DNA of 64,000 nucleotides, from positions 27,218,001 to 27,282,000 of the forward strand of contig NC_086102.1 of assembly GCF_963921235.1 (NCBI RefSeq), in the 5' to 3' direction. This document shows positions 50,808-62,269 of the stretch, piece after piece; the first letter of the stretch is position 1, and each line of letters starts with the position of its first letter. The notes under the pieces were generated by a model. The model was not told the DNA's origin. It did no database searches and was given only the letters and a program-made list of their open reading frames with translations. The position numbers were made by a program, and so were the translations under genes. The DNA comes from Mobula hypostoma. Its lineage: Eukaryota.

Positions 50808-52976
50808 CAGACAACCCTAATAGGTGGACTGCGGGCTGCGCCCACTCATTGGCACTTACGTGAACGCACCTGTCATATACACTTGACCTATGCCCCTGTA
50901 GAGCGCGCGATGCCGAGTTGATTAAAACGTGTGCAATTGATACGGTTGGCGAAGTTTTAAGTCGTGATGAGAAAACCAGAAAACGGTTGTGGAGCTGTTC
51001 AAGACGGTGCCATTGTCGACTAACATGGTAACTAGAAGAATAGAAGTTTTAGCGGAGGAGTGTTTTTCCAATCTGCTCACCGATTTGGAGAAAGCAGAAG
51101 CCGTATCACTAGCCATAGACTCGTCCTGTGACTGAACCGATATGGAAGAGCTGTCTGTGTTCGCAAGATTTTTTGATGGGGAGACCTTTCGGGAAGAGCT
51201 ACTTTGTTTGCTTCCTCTGCCTGGGCGCACAACTTGGGAAATAATTTTTAACGAATTGACACAGTTCTTTGAGAAGAATGGCTTGGATGTGAGCAAAATT
51301 GTCCATTGTCACCGATGGGGCTCCGTCGATGTGGGACAACACAAGGGCTTGGTAGGCGGGTTTGCCGCTGTTAACCCAGCACTCTTGGCATTTCATTGCA
51401 TTATTCACAAATCAGTGTTGTGCGCTAAACTGTGTGAGGAAATGAAAGAGGCGATGGATACTGTGACGAGACTGGTAAATTTCGTTCATGAGAGTTCTAG
51501 TCTGCAACATCACCTTTTCAGAGCATTGCTGGAGGAAATGTCAGCGGAACACAAAGATCTTTTGCTGCATAATGATGTTCGCTAGCTGAGCAAAGGCCGT
51601 GCGTTGGAGAGGATGTGCGACCTGCACGATGAGCTTGTGTCATTTTTATCCAGCCTGCACAGCCAAAAAGCCTGAGGATTTAAGAGGTTTTTAAGTGACA
51701 GCAAGGTGATAGCACCTGTTCTTTTTTTGTGTGACATCATGTCTCATCTAAATCAACTTAATCTGCAATTACAAGGCAACAACCACACTGTTGCAGACAT
51801 GTACGACGCGATTAAAGCTTTCCAATCAAAACTGAACCTTTTGGAGAGAGATATTCATGGGAGAAAGTTGTACTTTCCACGTCTGCGGGAGCAGTACGAG
51901 AAGAACGAAATGTGGGAGGATTCATTGATGAAGGATTTCGTGACGAGCATGGCAGAAAACTTCAGGGAACGATTTGAAAGCTCCCCTAAACTCTCAGGTG
52001 ACATCCTCCTATTCCTGAGACAGCCGTTCTCCATTTCAGCTGACGGCCAGTGGACTGCAGAGGCCAAAAGGCTGGTGCCTTCCATAGATGAGGCAACTCT
52101 TCAGATGGAGGTCTTGAAAATGGGAACATCTGATTTGCTCAAAGCACAACACAAGGACGTTGGGGTAAGTGACTTTTGGATCAACGTGGTTCCCCAAGCT
52201 CAATTCAAAAACACGAGAGCTATTGCAGTGCTCCTACTCACACTGTTCCCCTTCACGTACATATGTGAGTCATTGTTTCCATCAATGAACTCTATCAAGA
52301 ACCAGGACAGAAACACACTCCAATGCACATCTTGGCCAGTGCCTCAGGATTGCCACAACATAATACAGGCCCGACATCAGGAGGATTGCCTCATCCCGTT
52401 GCTGTCACTTCTCTCACTGATTGGTGAGTGAATCAATTTATTTTTGTCCATTTGTCAATCTTATTGTGGTATAATAATATTACAACAACAGTAATGGTAA
52501 TTTCATTTATAGTTTCACTTCATACTTCAAATGCTGCATAGCTTAATAAAAAAGAACAAATAGATTAAATGAGAGAACAGAAACAGTGGAAAAGTTTCCA
52601 CAGTACTACTAAAACTCTTTGTGTGGAAGAGAAGTGGTGAAGACTACCAAGTTTACTGGGTGTGTGTATTTTAAGTCCCAGATGTGTTCTCAGTGTGACA
52701 GCTGACAGTTGTGATAGCTAAAGTCATAATTAAATAGTTGGTTTTGGACTTAATTTTGTTTCAAGAGTGCATTTTTTTTTTCTTGTGTGACCCACAGCAG
52801 AGGCTTTGAGAATCCCAGGCCTAAATTATTATTACTTCTGCTGCTGCTGCCACCACCACCATCTGCCCATAAAACAACTTACTGGCGCAATGAAAAAAAA
52901 ACCTGGTCGTTTTGGCTCTTGGCTTGGCATGCTTGACATAATTTGGCCCTTGTGGAAAACTAATTGGGGAACCCTA
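50808..52976 (+). mobile_element. hAT (Buster/Charlie/SPIN-like) transposon with disrupted transposase
   Basis: Perfect 8-bp TSD CTGTATAT. Motifs SLAIDSS, HCIIH, LLLHNDVR*LSKG, LNQLNLQLQG and TYICESLF, with several stops and frameshifts. Confidence 0.88.
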
Positions 52977-53494
52977 CTGTATATATTTTGAGAAAATGTT
53001 TTTGGTAGTGCCTGAAATTTTCCATGCCATTCACCATTTACATTTCGTACTTGCTTTCCTAGGAATTTTGTATTTACTGTAAACATCTGTCATGTTTGCT
53101 TATTATTCTGCAGTGGCTATACATCTAAAATACTTGATAATCGAGGTCCACTAATATATTTCAACTGACTACAATATGTATATTGCTGATTTCTTGGGAA
53201 TAGAATGTTGCACTTTCCTTCATCTCAAGTATCCAGAAATAGAACATTGAACTGAACACGTCCATTGGTCCACAATGTGCTGACGTTTTAACCCATTCCA
53301 AGATCAATCTAACCCTTCCCTCCCTCATAGCCCTCCATTTTTCTTTCATTATTGTGCCTAAGAGACTTTGAGATGCTTTCCTCCAATCACCTTAAAAGTA
53401 CGTGCTCTAATTTTAGCCATTGTCACTCTGCGAAAGAGGTGCTGGCTGTCCATTCTATCTACGTCTCTTACCATCTTTGCACCTCTTACCAAGT

Positions 53495-53608
53495 AACAGG
53501 AATTCTGCAGATGCTGGAAATTCAAGCAACACACATCAAAGTTGCTGGTGAACGCAGCAGGCCAGGCAGCATCTCTAGGAAGAGGTACAGTCGACATTTC
53601 AGGCCGAG
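53495..53608 (-). mobile_element. Single PLE terminal arm fused to the CR1 5' end
   Basis: Same arm sequence as the palindromic elements, breaking off in hammerhead stem II at GCCGAG. Confidence 0.75.
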
Positions 53609-53888
53609 AAAGAGATTTTTGAAATTTTCGTTATTTTTTTTCTCCAACGGCTTTCTGGGAGGCGGGACTGCGCAGGCGTGTGACGTCGGGCAGTGCAGCG
53701 CGGCAGATTTAAAAGGGCAGACATCCTGCTTCGGATTTGATTCGAAGAAGGGGTCTGAGAGTCTGAGTGGGAGTGCCGAGAAAGAGATTTTTGAAATTTT
53801 CGTTATTTTTTTTCTCCAACGGCTTTCTGAGAGGCGGGACTGCGCAGGCGTGTGACGTCGGGCAGTGCAGCGCGGCAGATTTAAAAGG
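53603..53888 (+). repeat. Two 114-bp direct repeats (period 172 bp) at the CR1 5' end
   Basis: 53603-53716 and 53775-53888 differ at one position by eye (ctggga vs ctgaga). Confidence 0.9.
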
Positions 53889-54049
53889 AACAGAGCCTCA
53901 TAGAGCGGGCAGCGTAGTTTGCAGGCTGCGGAGTGAGCCGGGAGCAGAGTGAAGACTTAAGGGCTTCGGCTCACCGGGCTTAGGCGGAAGCGGGCGAGGC
54001 GAGGAAGGTTTGACATTCATTTTCTGTTGCTATTTGAGGAGAGGGGCAT

Positions 54050-54986
54050 TATGACTGTGAGGGCAGTTTGCTGTTCTCGGTGTCGGATGTGGGAGGCCCT
54101 GGAGTCTCCAAGCCTCCCGGACGTCTACATCTGCGCCAAGTGCATCGAGATGCAGCTCCTAAGGGACCGCGTTACGGAACTGGAGCTGCAGCTCGATGAC
54201 CTTCGTCTGGTCAGGGAGAGCGAGGAGGTGATAGAGAGGAGTGGAAGGCAGGTGGTCACGCCGGAGCCACGGGAGGCAGACAAGTGGGTCACGGTTAGGA
54301 GGGGGAAGGGGAAAAGGCAGGTGATGGGGAGTACCCCGGTGGCTGTGCCCCTTAACAACAGGTACTCCTGTTTGAGTACTGTTGGAGGGGACAGCTTACC
54401 CGGGGGAAGCGACAGTGGCCCTGCCTCCGGCACAGAGTCTGGCCCTGTAGCTCAGAAGGGTAGGGCAAGGAAGAGGAGGGCAGTTGTGATAGGGGACTCG
54501 ATAGTAAGGGGGTCAGATAGGCGATTCTGTGGACGCAGTCCAGAGACTCGGATGGTAGTTTGCCTCCCTGGTGCCAGGGTCCGGGATATTTCTGATCGTG
54601 TCCAAGATATCCTGAAGTGGGAGGGTGAGGAGCCAGAGGTCCTGGTACATATAGGTACCAATGACATAGGTAGGAAAAGGGATGAGGTCCTGAAAGAAGA
54701 ATATAGGGAGCTAGGAAGGGAGTTGAGAAAAAGGACCGCAAAGGTAGTAATCTCGGGATTACTGCCTGTGCCACGCGACAGTGAGAGTAGGAATGCGATG
54801 AGGTGGAGGATAAATGCGTGGCTGAGGGATTGGAGCAGGGGGCAGGGATTCAAGTTTTTGGATCATTGGGACCTCTATTGGTGCAGGCGTGACCTGTACA
54901 AAAAGGACGGGTTACACTTAAATCCTAGGGGGACCAATATCCTGGCAGGGAGATTAGCGCGGGCTACTGAGGTGACTTTAAACTAG
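54050..54986 (+). CDS. CR1 ORF1p: Zn-finger/leucine zipper plus SGNH esterase
   Basis: CCSRC...CAKC, LELQLDDL, GDSIVRG, VHIGTND and DGLHL. First ATG at 54050 within ORF 54027-54986. Confidence 0.9.
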
Positions 54987-54991
54987 AATGG

Positions 54992-57989
54992 TTGGGGGGT
55001 GGGAATCAAATTAAAGAGGCTAGGTGTGAGGAGGTTAGTTCACAACAGAGGGATGGGAACCAGTGCAGAGAGACAGAGGGGTGTAAAGTGAGCGTAGAAG
55101 CAAAAAGTACAAAGGGGAAAAGTAAAAGTGGCAGGCCGACAAATCCAGGGCAAGCATTAAAAAGGGCTAAGAGAGTTGTAAAAGAGCGCCTGAAGGCTTT
55201 ATGTGTCAATGCAAGGAGCATTCGTAATAAGGTGGATGAATTGAAAGTGCAGATTGTTATTAATGATTATGATATAGTTGGGATCACAGAGACATGGCTC
55301 CAGGGTGACCAGGGATGGGAGCTCAACATTCAGGGATATTCAATATTCAGGAGGGATAGACATGAAGGAAGGGGAGGTGGGGTGGCGTTGCTGGTTAAAA
55401 AAGAGATTAACGCAATAGAAAGGAAGGACATAAGCCGGGAAGATGTGGAATCGATATGGGTAGAGCTGCGTAACACTAAGGGGCAGAAGACGCTGGTGGG
55501 AGTTGTGTACAGGCCACCTAACAGTAGTAGTGAGGTCGGAGATGGTATTAAACAGGAAATTAGAAATGTGTGCAATAAAGGAACAGCAGTTATAATGGGT
55601 GACTTCAATCTACATGTAGACTGGGTGAACCAAATTGGTAAAGGTGCTGAGGAAGAGGATTTCTTGGAATGTATGCGGGATGGTTTTTTGAACCAACATG
55701 TCGAGGAACCGACTAGAGAGCAGGCTATTCTGGACTGGGTTTTGAGCAATGAGGAAGGGTTAATTAGCGATCTTGTCGTGAGAGGCCCCTTGGGTAAGAG
55801 TGACCATAATATGGTGGAATTCTTCATTAACATGGAGAGTGACATAGTTAATTCAGAAACAAAGGTTCTGAACTTAAAGAGGGGTAACTTTGAAGGTATG
55901 AGTCGTGAATTAGCTAAGATAGACTGGCAAATGACACTTAAAGGATTGACGGTGGAAATGCAATGGCAGGCATTTAAAGGTTGCATGGATGAACTACAAC
56001 AATTGTTCATCCCAGTTTGGCAAAAGAATAAATCAAGGAAGGTAGTGCACCCGTGGCTGACAAGAGAAATTAGGGATAGTATCAATTCCAAAGAAGTAGC
56101 ATACAAATTAGCCAGAGAAAGTGGCTCACCTGAGGACTGGGAGAAATTCAGAGTTCAGCAGAGGAGGACAGAGGGCTTAATTAGGAAGGGGAAAAAAGAT
56201 TGAGAGAAAACTGGCAGAGAACATAAAAACGGACTGTAAAAGCTTTTATAGATATGTAAAAAGGAAAAGACTGATAAAGACAAATGTAGGTCCCCTGCAG
56301 ACAGAAACAGGTGAATTGATTATGGGGAGCAAGGACATGGCAGACCAATTGAATAATTACTTTGGTTCTGTCTTCACTAAGGAGGACATAAATAATCTTC
56401 CAGAAATAGTAAGGGACAGAGGGTCCAGTGAGATGGAGGAACTGAGTGAAATACATGTTAGTAGGGAAGTGGTGTTAGGTAAATTGAAGGGATTGAAGGC
56501 AGATAAATCCCCAGGGCCAGATGGTCTGCATCCCAGAGTGCTTAAGGAAGTAGCCCAAGAAATAGTGGATGCATTAGTGATAATTTTTCAAAACTCGTTA
56601 GATTCCGGACTAGTTCCTGAGGATTGGAGGGTGGCTAATGTAACCCCACTTTTTAAAAAAGGAGGGAGAGAGAAACCGGGGAATTATAGGCCGGTTAGCC
56701 TAACGTCGGTGGTGGGGAAACTACTGGAGTCAGTTATCAAGGATGTGATAACAGCACATTTGGAAAGCTGTGAAATGATCGGACAAAGTCAGCATGGATT
56801 TGTGAAAGGAAAATCATGTCTGACGAATCTCATAGAATTTTTTGAGGATGTAACTAGTAGAGTGGATAGGGGAGAACCAGTGGATGTGGTATATTTGGAT
56901 TTTCAAAAGGCTTTTGACAAGGTCCCACACAGGAGATTAGTGTGGAAACTTAAAGCACACAGTATTGGGGGTAAGGTATTGGTGTGGGTGGAGAATTGGT
57001 TAGCAGACAGGAAGCAAAGAGTGGGAATAAACGGGACCTTTTCAGAATGGCAGGCGGTGACTAGTGGGGTACCGCAAGGCTCAGTGCTGGGACCCCAGTT
57101 GTTTACAATATATGTTAATGACTTTGATGAGGGAATTAAATGCAGCATCTCCAAGTTTGCGGATGACACGAAGCTGGGTGGCAGTGTTAGCAGTGAGGAG
57201 GATGCTAAGAGGATGCAGGGTGACTTGGATAGGTTGGGTAAGTGGGCAAACTCATGGCAGATGCAATTTAATGTGGATAAATGTGAAGTTATCCACTTTG
57301 GTGGCAAAAATAGGAAAACAGATTATTATCTGAATGGTGGCCGATTAGGAAAAGGGGAGGTGCAACGAGACCTGGGTGTCATTATACACCAGTCATTGAA
57401 AGTGGGCATGCAGGTACAGCAGGCGGTGAAAAAGGCGAACGGTATGCTGGCATTTATAGCGAGAGGATTCGAGTACAGGAGGAGGGAGGTACTACTGCAG
57501 TTGTACAAGGCCTTGGTGAGACCACACCTGGAGTATTGTGTGCAGTTTTGGTCCCCTAATCTGAGGAAAGACATCTTTGCCATAGAGGGAGTACAAAGAA
57601 GGTTCACCAGATTGATTCCTGGGATGGCAGGTCTTTCATATGAAGAAAGACTGGATGAACTGGGCTTGTACTCGTTGGAATTTAGAAGATTGAGGGGGGA
57701 TCTGATTGAAACGTATAAAATCCTAAAGGGATTGGACAGGCTAGATGCGGGAAGATTGTTCCCGATGTTGGGGAGGTCCAGAACGAGGGGTCACAGTTTG
57801 AGGATAGAGGGGAAGCCTTTTAGGACCGAGATTAGGAAAAACTTCTTCACACAGAGAGTGGTGAATCTGTGGAATTCTCTGCCACAGCAAACTGTTGAGG
57901 CCGGTTCATTGGCTGTGTTTAAGAGGAAGTTAGATATGGCCCTTGTGGCTACAGGGGTCAGGGGGTATGGAGGGAAGGCTGGGTTCTGA
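54992..57989 (+). pseudogene. CR1 ORF2 (APE endonuclease plus reverse transcriptase) broken by one frameshift near 56200
   Basis: NARS, ITETWL, GDFN, SDHN in the first frame. LDFQKAFDKV, GVPQGSVLGP, KFADD in the next frame. Confidence 0.93.
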
Positions 57990-58369
57990 GTTGGATGATC
58001 AGCCATGATCATAATAAATGGCGGTGCAGGCTCGAAGGGCCGAATGGCCTACTCCTGCACCTATTTTCTATGTTTCTATGTAATAGACCCTTCCAGCCCT
58101 TTCAGACACACTGCCAAACAATCCACCAATTTAACCATAGCCAAAGCACAGGACAGTTTACAAAGACCAACTAACCTACTAACCAGTGCATCTTTGGACT
58201 GTGGGAAAACCTGGAGGAAACCATGTGGTCATGGGGTGAACATAGAGTCCTTACAGGCAGTGACGGGAACCTCTCAACCCCCATTCTCATGCCTTCTCCC
58301 CATAACCGTTAATGCCCTTACTAATTTAGAACCCACTTCTGACTTTAAAAATGCCCAATGATTTGGCAG

Positions 58370-59660
58370 ATTTATAGAGCTGCAACATTATCTTGTGGCT
58401 CTTGAACTTAATCCCTTCACTAACAAAGGCCAACACCTGTTTAACCACTAATCAACTTGCATGGCAACTTTGGTCTTGGACCCCTAGATCCTTCTGTTCC
58501 TCCATACAGTTAAGAATCTTGTCATTAACTTTGTATGCTGCCATCGTTCAGCATTCCAAAATGTATTACTTCACACTTTTCCAGATTGAACTCCATCTGT
58601 CACTTTTCAACCCAGTTCTGCATCCTGTCAATGTCCTGTCATAACCCACAACAACCTTCTACACTATCACAACACTACCAACCTTCATGTCAACTGAAAA
58701 CTTAGTAACCCACCCTTCTACTTCCTCATACATCCCAGAACAGATGCTGTGGAACAGTATTAATCATGGAACTCCAGGCAGAATATACTCCGTCTACCAC
58801 CACCATCTGCCTTCTGTGGGCAAGCCAATTCCAAATCCGCACAGCCAAGTTTCCCTGGATCCCATGCCTCCAGACTTTCTGAATGAGCCTACAATTTGTC
58901 ATACATCTTACTGAGATTCATATGCATTATATCCCTGCTCTACCTGCATCAATTTGTTTTGTCACTTTCTCAAAATGTCAGTTAGGCTCATGAGGCACAA
59001 TTTATCCCTAACTCAAATCCAACTATGCTTCTCCAAATGCTTGTAAATCCTGATTCTAAGATCCTCTCCAGGACTTGTCCACTGCTGATAGAGACTCACT
59101 GGTCTATAATTCCCAGGATTATCCCTACTTCCTTTCTTGAACAAAGGAATAAATTTGCCATCCTCCTATTGTCTAGTACTATTCCTGTGGCCAGTGAGGT
59201 CACAACAGTCATTACCAACAGTGCAGCAATTTCTACCCTCATTTTCCCATAGTAATTTAAGGTTCATTTCATTCAACCCCAGGCATTTATCTATCTCAAT
59301 GTTTTTCAAAAGTTCCAGCACAGCCTTTTTCTTAAACTTTACATGTTCCAGCACATTAGCCTGTTCTACACTGACTTCATGTTTATCAAGGTCCCTCTTA
59401 CTGTTTAATACTGAAGTAAAGTATTCGTTAAGGATCTCCCTTATCTGACTCTGGGCATGTTTCCCTTTTTCTTCCCTGAATAGTTCTACCCTTTCTCTAC
59501 TCATCCTGCTGTTCTTCAATTGCGTCTGGCTATTCTCTAATCCTGTTGCCAAGGTTTTCTCATGTCCGCTTCTAGCTGTCCTAAATCCCTCTTAAACTCT
59601 TTTCTGACTACTTTCTAATCCTCAAGACCCTTGTCTGATCTTTTTCCCACCCCCTAAACC
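58370..59660 (-). mobile_element. Decayed CR1 ORF2 fragment
   Basis: EILNEYFTSVL...VLELLKNIEIDKCLG remnant. Confidence 0.75.
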
Positions 59661-59681
59661 TTAAGTAAGTTTCTTTATTAC

Positions 59682-60464
59682 TAAGAAAGTTTTATTAAAG
59701 AAACAAGCAACACAGTAATCGAAAGGATAATAAATGCAACAGTTCAGCGATGATAAACACACATGTGCACAGAATTAAGATAACAGCATCAATCAAGCTC
59801 TATCGTTGTCTAGGGGTAAATGACCAAATTTCAAAATGACTCAAAGTTCAGTCCAGTTCAGTTCGCAGTAATCGTTGCCATGGCAATGGACAACGTGGGG
59901 GAAGAGAGAGATAGAATAGGAACAACTGATCATTCAGAACACTGCTTCACTCACAGATCAGCGAGATGGCTCACAAACAGCTTTTTGGGCGGGTCCTTGG
60001 TGATGTCACCTGAGGTCACCGACTGTGACCCCTCCTCCAGATGCGGTCGATCCTCTGCAGTGAACCCGGCACCCAGGCAAGGGCGGACACACACCGGGTT
60101 CCCGCTGATCGTACCTTTCCACCCTGGCCGTTGTCTGGTACTTCTCACCCACTCGTGAGAGGCGCACCGCTTCCAGGGTCTCGTTACCTCGGGTGGTGTG
60201 TGTGTCTGTCTTAGCGAACCTGTCCCTTTTTATCCCCCTGCTGGGGTATCGCCTGTCCATCACTTCAAACAGTTCAGGGTTCAAAGGGGGAGCCGCTCCA
60301 GACAGCTCTCTCTCTCCCACGTCCCTTCATTACACATCTCCAGACGCTGCTCCATTGTTCCTTATCTCTCCTTCCCCTGAGGGCAGGTGGCAGACCAACT
60401 GCTGATGTCACTGATGCTAACCCAGGCCAGCAAACATTTTAATTTTATGTGTATTCTCGTAACA
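59682..60464 (-). mobile_element. LTR-like repeat (probable partial solo LTR)
   Basis: Minus strand begins TGTTAC, has a GC-rich body with a GATAAAAAG TATA-like motif and AATAAA near 59692. No TSD or CA end found. Confidence 0.45.
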
Positions 60465-60807
60465 CCACATACAGGAAGATCTTTTAGTAGACTCACCACT
60501 CTGGCTGTAGTGGAACTCCTTAGTGATGCTACGACGTGGGAAAATTCAGTTTTTTTCCACGGTGATTTCTTGCTGCATGAACCTGTGCAAACCATGAGGT
60601 AGCGTGTTGCTCTAAAACAAAGGCAGCTTCAAATTGACTGTGTTGGTCTACGTCATTAAGTAAATCCGGAATCGTCCGAGAGCTTTGGGGTCACCAATGT
60701 ATGATTATGAGAATAAAGCATGCAAGAATCCTTTTATATTCTTAACAAAAGCCACAGCCCTTTATTTCTATTACGAGCAAACTAAAAGACAGTTGCCTTA
60801 TACTGAC

Positions 60808-61404
60808 AACACACATAAAAGTTGCTGGTGAACGCAGCAGGCCAGGCAGCATCTCTAGGAAGAGGTGCAGTCGACGTTTCAGGCCGAGACCCTTCGTCAG
60901 GACTAACTGAAGGAAGAGTGAGTAAGGGATTTGAAAGTTGGAGGGGGAGGGGGAGATCCAAAATGAAAGGAGAATAATGCCCCACCTCCCCTTTGTACCC
61001 CATCTGTTACTTATTTTTATACACACATTCTTTCTCTCACTCTCCTTTTTCTCCCTCGGTCCCTCTGAATATACCCCTTGCCCATCCTCTGGGTCCCCCC
61101 CCCCCCGTCTTTCTTCCCGGACCTCCTGTCCCATGATCCTCTCTTATCCCTTTTGCCTATCACCTGTCCAGCTCTTGGCTCCATCCCTCCCCCTCCTGTC
61201 TTCTCCTATCATTTTGGATCTCCCCCTCCCCCTCCAACTTTCAAATCCCTTACTCACTCTTCCTTCAGTTAGTCCTGACGAAGGGTCTCGGTCTGAAACG
61301 TCGACTGCACCTCTTCCTAGAGATGCTGCCTGGCCTGCTGCGTTCACCAGCAACTTTTATGTGTGTTGCTTGAATTTCCAGCATCTGCAGAATTCCTGTT
61401 GTTT
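60808..61404. mobile_element. Young palindromic PLE insertion
   Basis: Inverted arms with TSD TTGCCTTATACTGACA. Hammerhead motifs at 60869-60904(-) and 61271-61306(+). Confidence 0.85.
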
Positions 61405-62269
61405 GCCTTATACTGACATCATTACGTCAGATACCATCTCTTAAAGTGAACACAACAACTCAATGATAGCGTATGTGAGCTATGCAGAACAGTTTCTTTT
61501 ATGAACAATATGTGTCATTGTTCACCCATTACATTATCCTTACATGATTCAGATAGTATTGCCCATGTTGTACAAACAGATCCAAGCAGGGAAATAGTTC
61601 AGAAAACAGGTTTGGCAACTGGTCAAGGTGGAGCAGACACAAGGTGCCAAATGGCCTACCACCATTTTTATTTCTTATTTTTAATGATATGCTGAAGAAT
61701 TGGTGCATGGGCAGAGTGTCATATTTGTCCATCTTTGGGATCTCTTCTGTGGAAGGCAGGAGCTGTACAGAACTCAAGAGGAACCAGCGTGCTTGAGGGC
61801 AGGTTTGCTAGGGCGGGTATAGATTAGGTTGTCAGGTGGATGGGAACCAGAGTGAAAGGTCAGATGATGGGAGCAGTTGATTGAAGGGTCGATGCACTGT
61901 GCAAAGACAGGGCGAAGAAGGATAGGCAGTGAATAGAGCAAAAATGCAATTAGTTGGGTGGTTTGAAATGTGTCTAATTTAATGCAAGAAGAATCAGGAA
62001 CACAGGCGATAAACTTAAAAGCATGGATCAGTACTTGGATCTACGATGTTGTGGTCATTATGATGCTCTAATGCAAGAACTTGGGAGCACAAATTGGCAA
62101 CAGATGTGCTTAGGGAAATGTACAATGGAAATGTGGATGTTGTATAGGGAACACTTGAACTGGGTTCTGCATAGGTTTGTCCCATTGAAGTATGGGAAGG
62201 ATAGCACAGGTGACAAGCGAGGTTCTAGTACTCCAGACTCCAACTGAGTGATCCATTTCTGCTGGTTTG

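Larger units (their letters stand above)
53603..58080 (+). mobile_element. Full-length, near-intact CR1 LINE
   Basis: 5' tandem repeats, ORF1, ORF2 (APE+RT), 3' stem-loop and terminal (TTTCTATG)2. Confidence 0.95.

Noticed and set aside
50950-52431. Domesticated ZBED/GTF2IRD2-like host gene
   Set aside because: Multiple stops and frameshifts plus an intact TSD show a dead transposon.
55330-57607. Long minus-strand ORFs
   Set aside because: Antisense shadows of CR1 ORF2.
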